DNA of 64,000 nucleotides from Actinomycetes bacterium (GTDB lineage: Bacteria > Actinomycetota > Acidimicrobiia > Acidimicrobiales > JAKAVM01): positions 2,766 to 66,765 of the forward strand of contig JAKAVM010000101.1 of the NCBI GenBank assembly GCA_021827485.1, read 5' to 3'. A program made the translations under genes and the position numbers. The stretch's first letter is position 1. Every line of letters starts with the position of its first letter. The notes beneath the pieces were generated by a model. The model had not been told where the DNA came from, made no database searches, and was given only the letters and a program-made list of their open reading frames with translations. Of this stretch, positions 30,453-40,196 are shown one piece after another.

Positions 30453-33029
30453 ATGTCTGTCTACGAAAAAGAGCCTGAAAATACTTATAATCCTCAGGTA
30501 ATTGAAGCAAAATGGCAGTCAATCTGGCGCGACCAGGGTACTTACAATATAGAAAACAACGATAAGCGCGAGCCCTACTACGTCCTTTGCATGTATCCTT
30601 ACCCGAGTGGTCAAGCCCACCAAGGCCATATTCGTAACTACACATTTGGAGATCTGACAGTCCGCTATCGCACCATGCAAGGTTATGGTGTGCTCTCTCC
30701 GATTGGATTTGACTCTTTCGGGTTGCCTGCTGAGAACGCTGCAATCAAGAGTGGACGACACCCAAGAGAGTTTACCGATGAGCGCATTGGCGAGCTCAAA
30801 GAGAGCTTGATGAAACTTGGAGCATCCTATGATTGGAGACGTGAAGTAAAGAGCCACGATCCCAACTATATATATTGGAATCAGATAATTTTCAAAAAAT
30901 TTCTTGATGCAGGTCTTGCATATCGTTCAAACGCCCCAGTCAATTGGTGTCCTGGATGCAAGACGGTTTTGGCTAACGAGCAAGTCCTGGCAGATGGAAC
31001 ATGTGAGCGGTCTGGTGACGTAGTTGTAAAGCGAGATTTAGAACAGTGGTTTTTTGCAATTACCAAGTATGCTGATGAACTCCTATCTGGTCTTGAGGAC
31101 CTCGAATGGCCAGAGAGAGTCAAGATCATGCAGCGCAACTGGATTGGCCGCTCTGAAGGTGCTGAATTTTCAATGTCAATTGAAGGTCGTGACGATCTAG
31201 CTCTGAGAGTGTTCACCACTAGACCCGATACGAGCTTTGGTATGACTTATTGTGTTCTAGCTCCAGAGCATCCTTTGGTATCACAACTTACAACTGCTGA
31301 ACAACGCAGCGAAGTTGAAAGTTTGATTGAGCGTGTGGGATCTTCTAGCGACATCGACAGGCTCTCAACCGAGGGCGAAATAACCAAAAGGGGCGCGTTC
31401 ACGGGAAGTTATGCTATCAATCCTTTCAATGAGCAACCAGTTCCAATCTATATAGCCGATTATGTCCTTATGGGATATGGAACGGGAGCTATAATGGCAG
31501 TTCCTGCTGAAGACCAAAGAGATTTTGACTTTGCGAAAGCATATGGGTTGCCAGTTATCCGCACGGTTGAGCCGCCTAGTGGATGGGAGGGTGAGGCCTA
31601 TAGCGGAAGTGGCAGGAAGATAAATAGTGGCTTTTTGAATGGGTTGGAGGTTGACCAGGCCAAGGAACAGGCACTTTCCTGGCTTGAAGGCAAGGGCATA
31701 GGAGTCCGAAAGGTAAACTATCGACTCCGTGATTGGCTGGTATCACGCCAGAGATTCTGGGGTTGTCCGATTCCAATTATTTATTGCGATGCTTGTGGGA
31801 TGGTTCCAGTTCCTGATGAAGACTTACCCGTAGTGGCTCCAGACGATGTTGAATTTCGCCCAACCGGGGAGTCGCCTCTATCTTATCACGAGGAATTCAA
31901 ATCAGTCGCTTGCCCTATATGCGCTAAGCCAGCTAGGCGCGAAACCGATACGATGGATACTTTTGTCGATTCCTCTTGGTACTTTATGCGATTTTGTGAT
32001 CCATGGTCGACTGGCGAACCATTTTCAAAGCAAGCAGTTGAAAAATGGATGCCGGTTGATCAATACATTGGCGGAATTGAGCATGCGATATTGCATCTAA
32101 TGTATGCACGTTTTTATGTGAAGGCTCTATGTGATATTGGACTTGCTCCACCGGATCTGCGAGAGCCTTTCAAGCGACTCTTTACCCAAGGAATGATACG
32201 GATGGAAGGCTCAAAGATGTCTAAGTCCAAAGGTAATCTTGTTGCCCCAGCCAAATACTATGAAAGTGTTGGGGCGGATGCATTGAGGTTATTTCATCTT
32301 TTTGTTGGGCCGCCAAGCGATGATGTCGATTGGACAAATCAGACTGACAATCTAATTGAGGGATGTCATCGGTTTCTGTCAAAAGTATGGCGACTTTCCC
32401 TTGATAGTATTGCCAGTCCCAGTACTGACACCATTGATAACCTGGAAGCTAAGCGGGCAGGCGATGAAGCAGCCGATCAGACAGATGGTCAGAATCTGGG
32501 CCCTAATAGGCGAGGGTCTGGTGAGAACACGCAGGTCGATCAGGAGTTGATTCGGGCTAGCCATCGAGCCATTGATAAGGTGACCCGTGATTTAGAGAGA
32601 TGGGCTTACAACAGTGCTGTTGCACAAATAATGGACCTGACTAATCAATATGGGAAATACCTCCGAGAAGGGGCAGGGCCGGACTCTCTAGTGCTGGCAC
32701 GCGATACGATATTGCTCTTGTTATCACCCATGACACCACACATTTGCGCTGAACTATGGGAGCGAATCTACGGAGTATCGCAAGATAATACTATTCACCA
32801 CCAGACTTGGCCTGGGGCTGACCCCAATCTATTGGTTTCGGAATCGGCAATGATGATAGTGCAGGTCAATGGCAAGTTGCGTGACAAAGTCGAAGTACCA
32901 GTTGGCATAGGCGAAGAGGAGGCGACCAACCTTATCCTAGATCTTCCTAAGGTTCGAGCATTGCTTGATGGAAAATCCCCCAGAAAAGTAATTGCAAGGC
33001 TGCCAAACCTTATCAATGTCGTCGTCTAA
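30453..33029 (+). CDS. leuS: Leucyl-tRNA synthetase
   Basis: HIGH-type motif (GQAHQGHIRNY), KMSKSKGN and a CP1 editing domain. Confidence 0.95.
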   Translation: MSVYEKEPENTYNPQVIEAKWQSIWRDQGTYNIENNDKREPYYVLCMYPYPSGQAHQGHIRNYTFGDLTVRYRTMQGYGVLSPIGFDSFGLPAENAAIKSGRHPREFTDERIGELKESLMKLGASYDWRREVKSHDPNYIYWNQIIFKKFLDAGLAYRSNAPVNWCPGCKTVLANEQVLADGTCERSGDVVVKRDLEQWFFAITKYADELLSGLEDLEWPERVKIMQRNWIGRSEGAEFSMSIEGRDDLALRVFTTRPDTSFGMTYCVLAPEHPLVSQLTTAEQRSEVESLIERVGSSSDIDRLSTEGEITKRGAFTGSYAINPFNEQPVPIYIADYVLMGYGTGAIMAVPAEDQRDFDFAKAYGLPVIRTVEPPSGWEGEAYSGSGRKINSGFLNGLEVDQAKEQALSWLEGKGIGVRKVNYRLRDWLVSRQRFWGCPIPIIYCDACGMVPVPDEDLPVVAPDDVEFRPTGESPLSYHEEFKSVACPICAKPARRETDTMDTFVDSSWYFMRFCDPWSTGEPFSKQAVEKWMPVDQYIGGIEHAILHLMYARFYVKALCDIGLAPPDLREPFKRLFTQGMIRMEGSKMSKSKGNLVAPAKYYESVGADALRLFHLFVGPPSDDVDWTNQTDNLIEGCHRFLSKVWRLSLDSIASPSTDTIDNLEAKRAGDEAADQTDGQNLGPNRRGSGENTQVDQELIRASHRAIDKVTRDLERWAYNSAVAQIMDLTNQYGKYLREGAGPDSLVLARDTILLLLSPMTPHICAELWERIYGVSQDNTIHHQTWPGADPNLLVSESAMMIVQVNGKLRDKVEVPVGIGEEEATNLILDLPKVRALLDGKSPRKVIARLPNLINVVV

Positions 33030-33127
33030 CCAGAGCGAGAGTTGGCGGTCTAAGCTCAGTTGTCCGTTAGGAATTATGATTACTGGGGTTTATATATACT
33101 TGAAAAGTTTCGTATGTACTATAGATC

Positions 33128-33322
33128 ATGACAAAGCATCTAATTGATATAGACGAAGCAATTCTTACAGCTGCACAAGCTGAGTTGGGGACGGCGACGA
33201 TGAAAGATACAGTTCATGAGGCTCTCCGCCGGACAACTGCGAGTCGGAGTACCCGAGTGAAGAAAGCGCTTGACCGTTTGGGCCGCCTCCAACTCGAACC
33301 CAGAGAGAATGCATGGCGCTGA
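33128..33322 (+). CDS. VapB-like (DUF2191-type) antitoxin, apparently orphaned
   Basis: MTKHLIDIDEAILTAAQAELGTATMKDTVHEALRR. No intact toxin gene lies downstream. Confidence 0.55.
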   Translation: MTKHLIDIDEAILTAAQAELGTATMKDTVHEALRRTTASRSTRVKKALDRLGRLQLEPRENAWR

Positions 33323-33598
33323 CTCGTATCGCTTCGGTAACTGGCCAAGATTGCCAGTGGGTAGTTGCACAAGGATCAATTGATTAGCACCTCGGTGATT
33401 CGCGAAATTTTCATCAATCTGGCCCGGCGTTCAGTGTGGGGTGGCCGTGGCCGTGCGTTCAGCGATTGATATCGGACGACCCTGGTCAAGAACGGTAGGA
33501 GTAATAGTTTCGAGGATTCTCTACATGCCTGGGAATCAGCGTCTGCCTATGTGGTATGATAATTCTATAAGCTACTAGAAAAATAGTGGAGACAATTA

Positions 33599-34252
33599 GT
33601 GGTAGGATTTGATGATACGCAAGGCGAAGCACGGGCGCTCGGAGATCCAACGCGCTATAGCTTATTCAGATATATCGTCGAATCAGACCACGAGGTTAGC
33701 GTTGGTGAGCTGACCGATTTTGTTAGATTGAACCACAATGCGGTTCGACAGCACCTTGCACTTCTAAGCCAATCCGGTTTAGTCGAAGAAAGTATCGAAA
33801 AGCGTGATCGTCCTGGAAGACCAAGATTGTTCTATCGAATACATCCGGATATTGCAGGCAAATGGGGGACTAGTGGACCCTATGAATGGCTCTCAGGAGT
33901 TCTTGCTCGCGCACTGGCCGAGCAGCTTGACCCAAGAACGGCAGGGTTCTTAGAGGGAAATAAGATCAGCTCCAAGGCTCGCAGAGGAGTTGACCCAATG
34001 GACTTGCTGGAAGATGATATGCAAGCCCGAGGATTTCGACCAACTCGAAAGGGTAAGAATCAACAGATTGAATTTGTGCTGGAACGGTGTCCGTTCGCCC
34101 AAGTAGCTGAGAATAATCCTGAGATGATATGTAAGTTGCACCTTGGGTATTCAGAAGGGTTAGTCCAAGGCTCAGACGAGCACGTCATTAGAGAACTAAT
34201 AGTGAAGAATCCCCACAAAGCTGGTTGTCGCCTCATTATAGACAAGAGTTAA
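33599..34252 (+). CDS. ArsR-type winged-helix transcriptional regulator with a C-terminal extension
   Basis: LGDPTRYSLFRYI...VSVGELTDFVRLNHNAVRQHLALLSQSGLV. Confidence 0.6.
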   Translation: MVGFDDTQGEARALGDPTRYSLFRYIVESDHEVSVGELTDFVRLNHNAVRQHLALLSQSGLVEESIEKRDRPGRPRLFYRIHPDIAGKWGTSGPYEWLSGVLARALAEQLDPRTAGFLEGNKISSKARRGVDPMDLLEDDMQARGFRPTRKGKNQQIEFVLERCPFAQVAENNPEMICKLHLGYSEGLVQGSDEHVIRELIVKNPHKAGCRLIIDKS

Positions 34253-36795
34253 ACAATCACAGTATAGAATTTGTCGCTAAAGTGGGCAGCGTGAATGATG
34301 ATAAGAATACCGATGGCCTCAGCGACCTAGAGCTTCCAAGCGTTGAAGTAGTGTTTGGGCTTATAGCGAGTCTGTTGCGCCAGAGGCGCCAAATGGCATT
34401 CGATGATTTGGTCCATCAAGTCGTAGGCCAAATGGAATCTATTGGTGATGAAGCCCTACTAGAAAACTCGGTGTCTATTATCATCGATAAATTGGTCGAA
34501 ATGGATTTTGCCCTGATGATGATACATCCCGATATTTTGGTTACTCCTTCATCATTATTCAATCGTGCGGTACTAACTCATCGCATTACTGAGGAAGAGG
34601 TAGACAACAGTTTAGTTCACATTGCTGGTGATTTGCTCCCCTTCACTTGGTTTAGTTTGCCTATATATCTTGTTTCAGGTGAGGAGTTGAAAAGATTCGA
34701 GATTGGGAATGGAGAAGAGAGTTGGGCAGGTCCTCCAGGTTGGCTTGATAGATTTGAACAAGGTTCAATGTTGGCCTTTAGCCTCGATTGTGATTCGGGA
34801 TTGTTGTCGATTGAGCCCGTGAATGGTTTATTCGAACTTGACAGGGAACTGATCGAGCAATTACGCGAAGCTTACGATATAGAAGTTGAAGGGTCTGGAC
34901 TTCCAGTCCGCGCAGATGAAATAGCTACGCGAGTTATTCTAGAGAGTCCGCTTACCTTTGCGAAACCTGTCTTGCCTCTCACTGAACTCCTTGATGCAGC
35001 AGGGCTGGAAAGTCGCGGTAGCGAGTACGTCCACGATGAATCGGTATGGGCTGCACGCGAAATACTTGGTGCGGCACTGGAGATTTCCGAGCAATTAGAT
35101 GATTCTAACCTCCGGATGCAGGCAATGAAAGTACTAACCTGTTTCTGGAATGGTGAGCGAAACCATGGAAAGCTGCGCGAAGCTCTTGCGTCTTTGCGAA
35201 TCCCGGCAATTGCATCCACAATCGGTAATGTGTTAGTCGGTGATGAAACCGATTCTCTATGCCTTGACGAGATTGACGGATTTCTAGCCGCGTTACTAAT
35301 GGTTGGTTCGAATACTTACGATTGTGCCGCTGTTCACTGGCTTGCCGCCCTTGTGGCGGAGAATCGCCGTGATTTGGTCACTGCCCAAGCTCGCCTTGAG
35401 CGCGCTGTAGAATCAGATCCGAATTGGCCTTTAGGACTGGATCGTCTTGCGTGGTATCTTTCGGATCGTGGAGATGCAAACAGGGCAGTTAAACTTTGGC
35501 AGCGCTTAGCAGAATATCAAGATGTCGATGTTGACTTGCGCGAAGTTGGAAAGTTTGCAACAGGCGAAGGCCCTTCACTTGGCCGCAATGAGCCATGCTG
35601 GTGTGGCTCAGGGCGTAAGTTTAAGCAGTGTCATCTTGGGAGGCCAACTCTAGCACCGCTGGTAGATCGAGTGAGTTGGCTATATCGCAAGGGTGTTGCA
35701 TATCTTGAGCACAATGCCCAGGACTCAATGCAGCAATCGTACGAATTAGCGCTTATTCGTGCAGGAGGTGATTCCAGTGAAAGTGCGATTGATAAGGCTT
35801 TTGAAGACCCACTTCTCGTCGATGTGATGTTTAGTGAGGAGGGTTGGTTCGAGAGTTTTGTTGACGAGAGGGGGCCATTGCTTCCCGACGATGAAGCACT
35901 TCTTGCTCGGGCGTGGTGCTATACCCAACGGACACTATTTGAGATTGAGGAGGTTCATATCGGGGAGGGACTTATAGTCCGAGATCTTCGTAGCGCTGAA
36001 GTTATTGAGGTACGCGAACGCGCTTTTAGTTACCAAGCGCAAAAAGGAATTGTCATCTGCGCTCGCGCTTTGCCTGATGGAGTTAGCCATCAGTTTTTTG
36101 GAGGAATGTTCTACGTACCTCCAGGTTATGAGGGGCAACTCTTGGATCTCTTAGACGAAGGTGACGGTGAGGGCATTCTGGAGTGGGTTAGTGCTTCTGA
36201 AAAGCCACCAACCATGTATAATAGAGAATCTGAATTGTGGGTATTTTGTAAGGCACTTGTCGAAGGTAATGACATTGGACAGATGCGCGAGGCTCTCGAT
36301 GAAATGTTTATCATCGAGGATAAAGATAAATGGCGTCAAGTATTCGAGCTTCCAAATGGCGATTCGGTCCTTCGGGCCAGTATTTGCCTTGTTGGAGAAT
36401 CTATTCAAGTTGATACCAATAGTGTCGAGCGTATGGATCGGGTGCTTGAGATGCTTGAGAATAAAGTTTCAGGATACCGTCTGGTTTCAAATGAGAGAAA
36501 GGAATTTGACTTTGCAGACCTTCCTCAAGGCGATCGTCCAAAGCAAGAGCGTATTGATGATCCAAAGCTCCGTGAATACATGAAGAAATTCATAGCTGAG
36601 CAGGAACTGAAGTGGTGTGATGAAGAGATTCCAGCCCTTGGTGGTATCACTCCACGTCAAGCAGCACAAGACCCGACTCGGCGCGAGTCATTGGATCGGC
36701 TCTTGCTTAGCTACGAACGTGATAGCGATGAAGAAGATGAAGAACTGATCATGCAGTACCCACCTCGTCTGCGAAAACTCCTCGGGATAGGATAA
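34225..36795 (+). CDS. Large SEC-C-motif protein, function unknown
   Basis: NEPCWCGSGRKFKQCH (SEC-C zinc motif) mid-protein. The start is uncertain. The last 89 bp lie inside direct repeat DR-L. Confidence 0.55.
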   Translation: MSPHYRQELNNHSIEFVAKVGSVNDDKNTDGLSDLELPSVEVVFGLIASLLRQRRQMAFDDLVHQVVGQMESIGDEALLENSVSIIIDKLVEMDFALMMIHPDILVTPSSLFNRAVLTHRITEEEVDNSLVHIAGDLLPFTWFSLPIYLVSGEELKRFEIGNGEESWAGPPGWLDRFEQGSMLAFSLDCDSGLLSIEPVNGLFELDRELIEQLREAYDIEVEGSGLPVRADEIATRVILESPLTFAKPVLPLTELLDAAGLESRGSEYVHDESVWAAREILGAALEISEQLDDSNLRMQAMKVLTCFWNGERNHGKLREALASLRIPAIASTIGNVLVGDETDSLCLDEIDGFLAALLMVGSNTYDCAAVHWLAALVAENRRDLVTAQARLERAVESDPNWPLGLDRLAWYLSDRGDANRAVKLWQRLAEYQDVDVDLREVGKFATGEGPSLGRNEPCWCGSGRKFKQCHLGRPTLAPLVDRVSWLYRKGVAYLEHNAQDSMQQSYELALIRAGGDSSESAIDKAFEDPLLVDVMFSEEGWFESFVDERGPLLPDDEALLARAWCYTQRTLFEIEEVHIGEGLIVRDLRSAEVIEVRERAFSYQAQKGIVICARALPDGVSHQFFGGMFYVPPGYEGQLLDLLDEGDGEGILEWVSASEKPPTMYNRESELWVFCKALVEGNDIGQMREALDEMFIIEDKDKWRQVFELPNGDSVLRASICLVGESIQVDTNSVERMDRVLEMLENKVSGYRLVSNERKEFDFADLPQGDRPKQERIDDPKLREYMKKFIAEQELKWCDEEIPALGGITPRQAAQDPTRRESLDRLLLSYERDSDEEDEELIMQYPPRLRKLLGIG

Positions 36796-36816
36796 GGAAC
36801 AACTAAACAGGTAACT
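36707..36816. repeat. DR-L, the left copy of a perfect 110-bp direct repeat flanking the CRISPR-Cas locus
   Basis: ttagctacgaacgtgatagcgatgaagaagatgaagaactgatc...aactaaacaggtaact is identical at 46687-46796 (offset 9980 bp). Identity breaks on both sides. Confidence 0.95.
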
Positions 36817-36996
36817 AGTCAGATGGGCTGGACGAAATTACTTGGAAAATTGGGCGTTTATTGCTTAATTGGTCTGCAAATGTATCCGATGACTATATGA
36901 ACGTAGTTTCTTAAGATTGGATTGTGCGCAATGGATTCAAAGGTGAAAACTGTTCAAGTGGGAGATTCAACTAGCACCTATAAAATATAGCTCCTC

Positions 36997-38676
36997 ATGG
37001 AAGCTCCCTTGGAGAACGATATTCAAATCAGCGTCGAGCCTGAGCTAGTTCCAGCACGAATGGTGAATGAGTTCGCGTACTGTCCGCGTTTGTTTTATCT
37101 CGAATGGATTGATTCACAATTTGTTGATAACGATTATACCGCTGATGGCAGCTATAAGCATCGGGCAATGGACGTGGAAACTGGTGCTGCTCCTTTACCT
37201 GAGGATGGTAAATTGAAGGAGGCACGGTCACTTCTTTTATCTTCGACGAAGTTGGGCCTGGTTGCCAGAATCGATTTAGTTGAAGGAAACGGTGATGAAG
37301 TTCACCCAGTTGATCTGAAAAGGGGACGACCTGCTCCAACGCCAGAAAGAGCGTGGGAACCAGACCGAGTACAGGTGTGTATTGCAGGCCTATTACTTCG
37401 AGAAGCTGGCTACAACTGCAATTCGGGTTATCTCTCGTATGCCGCTACACGCGAACGGGTCGAAGTTATTTTTGAAGAAAAATTGATTACCAGGACGCTT
37501 GAATTGTTAGGAGATTTGCGGCAAGTTGCATTAAACGCCCAAGCCCCACCTCCACTTATCGCAAGCCCTAAGTGCCCTCGTTGTTCAATGGTAGGGATTT
37601 GCCTGCCTGATGAGAAAAATGCTCTATCTGAAAGAAGTCAGCGTCCTATTCGTAAGCTGTTGCCCAGCGATCCAGCATCAGCTCCGCTTTACGTAGTTCA
37701 ACAAGGGGCAAAGATTGGCTTGAGTTCAGGCCGGGTCACGGTTGAATGCGAAGGCAAGGAGACTGTTTCTGTCCGAGCAATTGACGTTTCTCAAATATGT
37801 ATTTACGGCAATATTCAGATTAGTTCGCAAGCAATCCGTGAGATGATGGCGAGGCAAGTGCCGATATGTTGGTTTAGCTATGGAGGTTGGTTCGCCGGTA
37901 TAGCCGAGGGTCTACCATCAAAAAATATTGAGCTTCGGGCTCGACAAGTCGCACGGGCACATACAGGTTCTTCTGAAATTGCTGGTTCTATCGTAAGAGG
38001 AAAGATTAGAAATTGTAGAACTCTTTTGAGACGTAATTCCAGAACCGATGTCGCTAACACAATTGAATCATTGGCCAGGATCGAAGCATCAATTGCCAAC
38101 GACTGTCCGATAGAATCCTTACTTGGTTACGAAGGTGCGGCAGCTCGTCTTTACTTCGAGTCGTTTCCTGCCATGATACGTCCTGATCTAGGATTACCAG
38201 GGGGGCCTTTTTGTTTTGAGTCACGAAATCGGCGGCCTCCCTTAGACGCTGTCAACTGTCTTCTCTCCTACGTGTACGCGCTTTTAGTCAAGGAACTGAC
38301 TGTCACAAGCTTGGCGGTAGGATTCGATCCGTACCTTGGTTTTTATCATCGTCCGCGATTTGGCCGTCCAGCTCTTGCCCTTGATCTTGCAGAGGAGTTT
38401 CGGCCGTTGGTGGGCGATTCGGTAGTTATTCAACTTATCAATAACGGCGAGGTTCATCCTTCTCACTTTATTGTGCGGGCAGGGGGAGTAGCTCTCACTC
38501 CTGCTGGTCGTAGAGCAGTACTTAGTGCTTTTGAAAGAAGACTTAAAAAGGAAATTCGGCATCCTATCTTCGGTTATAGTGTGACATATCGGAGGCTTTT
38601 TGAAGTTCAAGCACGGTTGCTGGGGGCCACGTTACTTGGCGAGATACCAGCCTATACAGCGTTCACAACCCGTTAG
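36997..38676 (+). CDS. cas1: Cas4-Cas1 fusion (adaptation nuclease/integrase)
   Basis: The N-terminal Cas4/RecB-type domain has C29 in FAYCPRLFYLEW, VDLKRG and CPRCSMVGIC, giving a 4-Cys cluster. The Cas1 part has YEGAAARLYF, NCLLSYVYALL and GFYHRPRFGRPALALDLAEEFRP. Confidence 0.9.
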   Translation: MEAPLENDIQISVEPELVPARMVNEFAYCPRLFYLEWIDSQFVDNDYTADGSYKHRAMDVETGAAPLPEDGKLKEARSLLLSSTKLGLVARIDLVEGNGDEVHPVDLKRGRPAPTPERAWEPDRVQVCIAGLLLREAGYNCNSGYLSYAATRERVEVIFEEKLITRTLELLGDLRQVALNAQAPPPLIASPKCPRCSMVGICLPDEKNALSERSQRPIRKLLPSDPASAPLYVVQQGAKIGLSSGRVTVECEGKETVSVRAIDVSQICIYGNIQISSQAIREMMARQVPICWFSYGGWFAGIAEGLPSKNIELRARQVARAHTGSSEIAGSIVRGKIRNCRTLLRRNSRTDVANTIESLARIEASIANDCPIESLLGYEGAAARLYFESFPAMIRPDLGLPGGPFCFESRNRRPPLDAVNCLLSYVYALLVKELTVTSLAVGFDPYLGFYHRPRFGRPALALDLAEEFRPLVGDSVVIQLINNGEVHPSHFIVRAGGVALTPAGRRAVLSAFERRLKKEIRHPIFGYSVTYRRLFEVQARLLGATLLGEIPAYTAFTTR

Positions 38677-38689
38677 GAGTTGAAGACCA

Positions 38690-38989
38690 ATGGCTAACCG
38701 ACGCCGTCATCTTATCGCGTATGACATACATGATCCCAAGAGACTTAGGCAAGTTCACAAAGTATTGGTTTCCTATGGATACTCTGTCCAGTACTCGGTC
38801 TTTGTATGCGACCTAACAACTCAGGAAAAGATCGCCTTCCGATGGGATATAGGGGAAGTAATAAACCATCGCGAAGACAGCGTTGTTATCGTCGATTTAG
38901 GGGAAGCGGGGGAAGCGTCCAGTGATCGATTTGAATTCCTCGGGGTATCGCTCGAGTTACCTGAGGATGGAGGGGTAACGATAATATAA
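38690..38989 (+). CDS. cas2: Cas2
   Basis: 99 aa with HLIAYDI (catalytic Asp context) and VQYSVFVCDL, 13 bp downstream of cas1. Confidence 0.85.
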   Translation: MANRRRHLIAYDIHDPKRLRQVHKVLVSYGYSVQYSVFVCDLTTQEKIAFRWDIGEVINHREDSVVIVDLGEAGEASSDRFEFLGVSLELPEDGGVTII

Positions 38990-39050
38990 GTTTAGAAAAT
39001 TGTGAATTATCTCTGGTTTGACCCGCAAATAACGGAGAGCGACAGAGTAT

Positions 39051-39437
39051 CTAATGGCTTGATAGGTTTATAACAAAGATAAAAACGACTCTATGAGGAT
39101 CGCCATTTGAAGAAGTTTGATAGGAATCACTGTATTGGTAGTCGATTCGCCCTGCGCCACTGATCTCGTAATGAATTGTCCTTGAAAACCCGTCTCGTTT
39201 AGGTTTGCCAGCTTTCCCGCGAAGTATATTTGCCTTGCCAACTAAAGGGATCTTACCAGGCGATTGAGCAACGTGATCCCAAAATCGCTGGGCACTTTGC
39301 AACCCAATCCGTTGAACAAGCTTGTCCCAAAGGGATAAATATTTTTGATGAACCAACACTCGGTATTGTGGAGCCAGATCTGGTTTGCCGCCGGGGCGTC
39401 GAGCAGGCACAAACGGCTGATAGGAACCACAAGGCAT
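39051..39437 (-). CDS. Putative RelE/ParE-superfamily toxin
   Basis: The C-terminal half, ILRGKAGKPKRDGFSRTIHYEISGAGRIDYQY...VVFIFVI, resembles the RelE/ParE beta-sheet core. It lies 25 bp downstream of an antitoxin-like gene. Confidence 0.4.
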   Translation of the reverse strand: MPCGSYQPFVPARRPGGKPDLAPQYRVLVHQKYLSLWDKLVQRIGLQSAQRFWDHVAQSPGKIPLVGKANILRGKAGKPKRDGFSRTIHYEISGAGRIDYQYSDSYQTSSNGDPHRVVFIFVINLSSH

Positions 39438-39462
39438 CTAAGTTCAGACGGCAAATGTCAGA

Positions 39463-39987
39463 TTATGCGGGTCGGGATACTTCGATAAAGTTATCTGGAT
39501 CGAAAGTCTCGCAAAGTGTCGCACTGTCGTTTGGATCACTAAGTACATTTGCTGTGGTTTCCCAGTCGGAAACCAGTTGCCGTAAGCAATCCAAATGGTT
39601 TGAATCGACGGCCTCAAGCAAAGATTGACGTAGTTCTTCAAGAAAGGTGTCAAGATCTTCGTCGTCAAGATACTGGAGCCAGGAAGCACCTGGGAAATCT
39701 TCACCTGTTCGGAGGGCTGCAGGTTTGCGACTTGCTTTAGTGGCTTGGAGATGAGCACGAACCCAATAGAGGATTTCATCCGAGCGATCAAGCTGGTCTT
39801 CTGGCACCATAAGAATACCGCTTTGCCCCTCAATAGATAGTCGAACTGGCTGGTGGCGAGCAAGATCGACCATACCACGAACATCGGATTCGAGTTCTTC
39901 AAGGGTATGGGCCGAAGGTTCAATGATTGCCATACTCTTATTATAGAAGTTTGTAAAGGAGTTTTCACTAAGAATCATCAGAGCCAA
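39463..39987 (-). CDS. Putative Phd/YefM-type antitoxin with a long C-terminal tail
   Basis: MAIIEPSAHTLEELESDVRGMVDLARHQPVRLSIEGQSGILMVPEDQ looks like a Phd/YefM N-domain. The real start is probably the internal ATG at 39933. Confidence 0.45.
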   Translation of the reverse strand: MALMILSENSFTNFYNKSMAIIEPSAHTLEELESDVRGMVDLARHQPVRLSIEGQSGILMVPEDQLDRSDEILYWVRAHLQATKASRKPAALRTGEDFPGASWLQYLDDEDLDTFLEELRQSLLEAVDSNHLDCLRQLVSDWETTANVLSDPNDSATLCETFDPDNFIEVSRPA

Positions 39988-40196
39988 TCCAACTTGCTCA
40001 AATACCGCACATAATTATCTATTTACCCAGCCAGCAATGACATCGAAAGGAGGTATAAATATATCCAAGACAACACCCCAGGTAATCAAAGCTTGAGCGC
40101 AACATCGGCTTTCAACCGGGGTCTGTGGTAGTCTAAAATTAGGTGGTAAAGAATTACTGGATCACCTGGTAAAGAGTTGTGGAATAGTCATAACCG
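39988..40196 (+). promoter_or_regulatory. Candidate CRISPR leader and divergent promoter region
   Basis: AT-rich 209-bp non-coding stretch between the TA operon start and the first repeat. Function is inferred from position only. Confidence 0.45.

Noticed and set aside
36997-38676. Possibility that the repeat-flanked island is a casposon using Cas1 as its integrase
   Set aside because: As I recall them, casposons have terminal inverted repeats, a short target-site duplication (about 14-15 bp) and a family B polymerase. Here the flanks are 110-bp direct repeats with no TIRs. Cas1 is fused to Cas4 and sits with cas2 and an array, which is a standard adaptation module.
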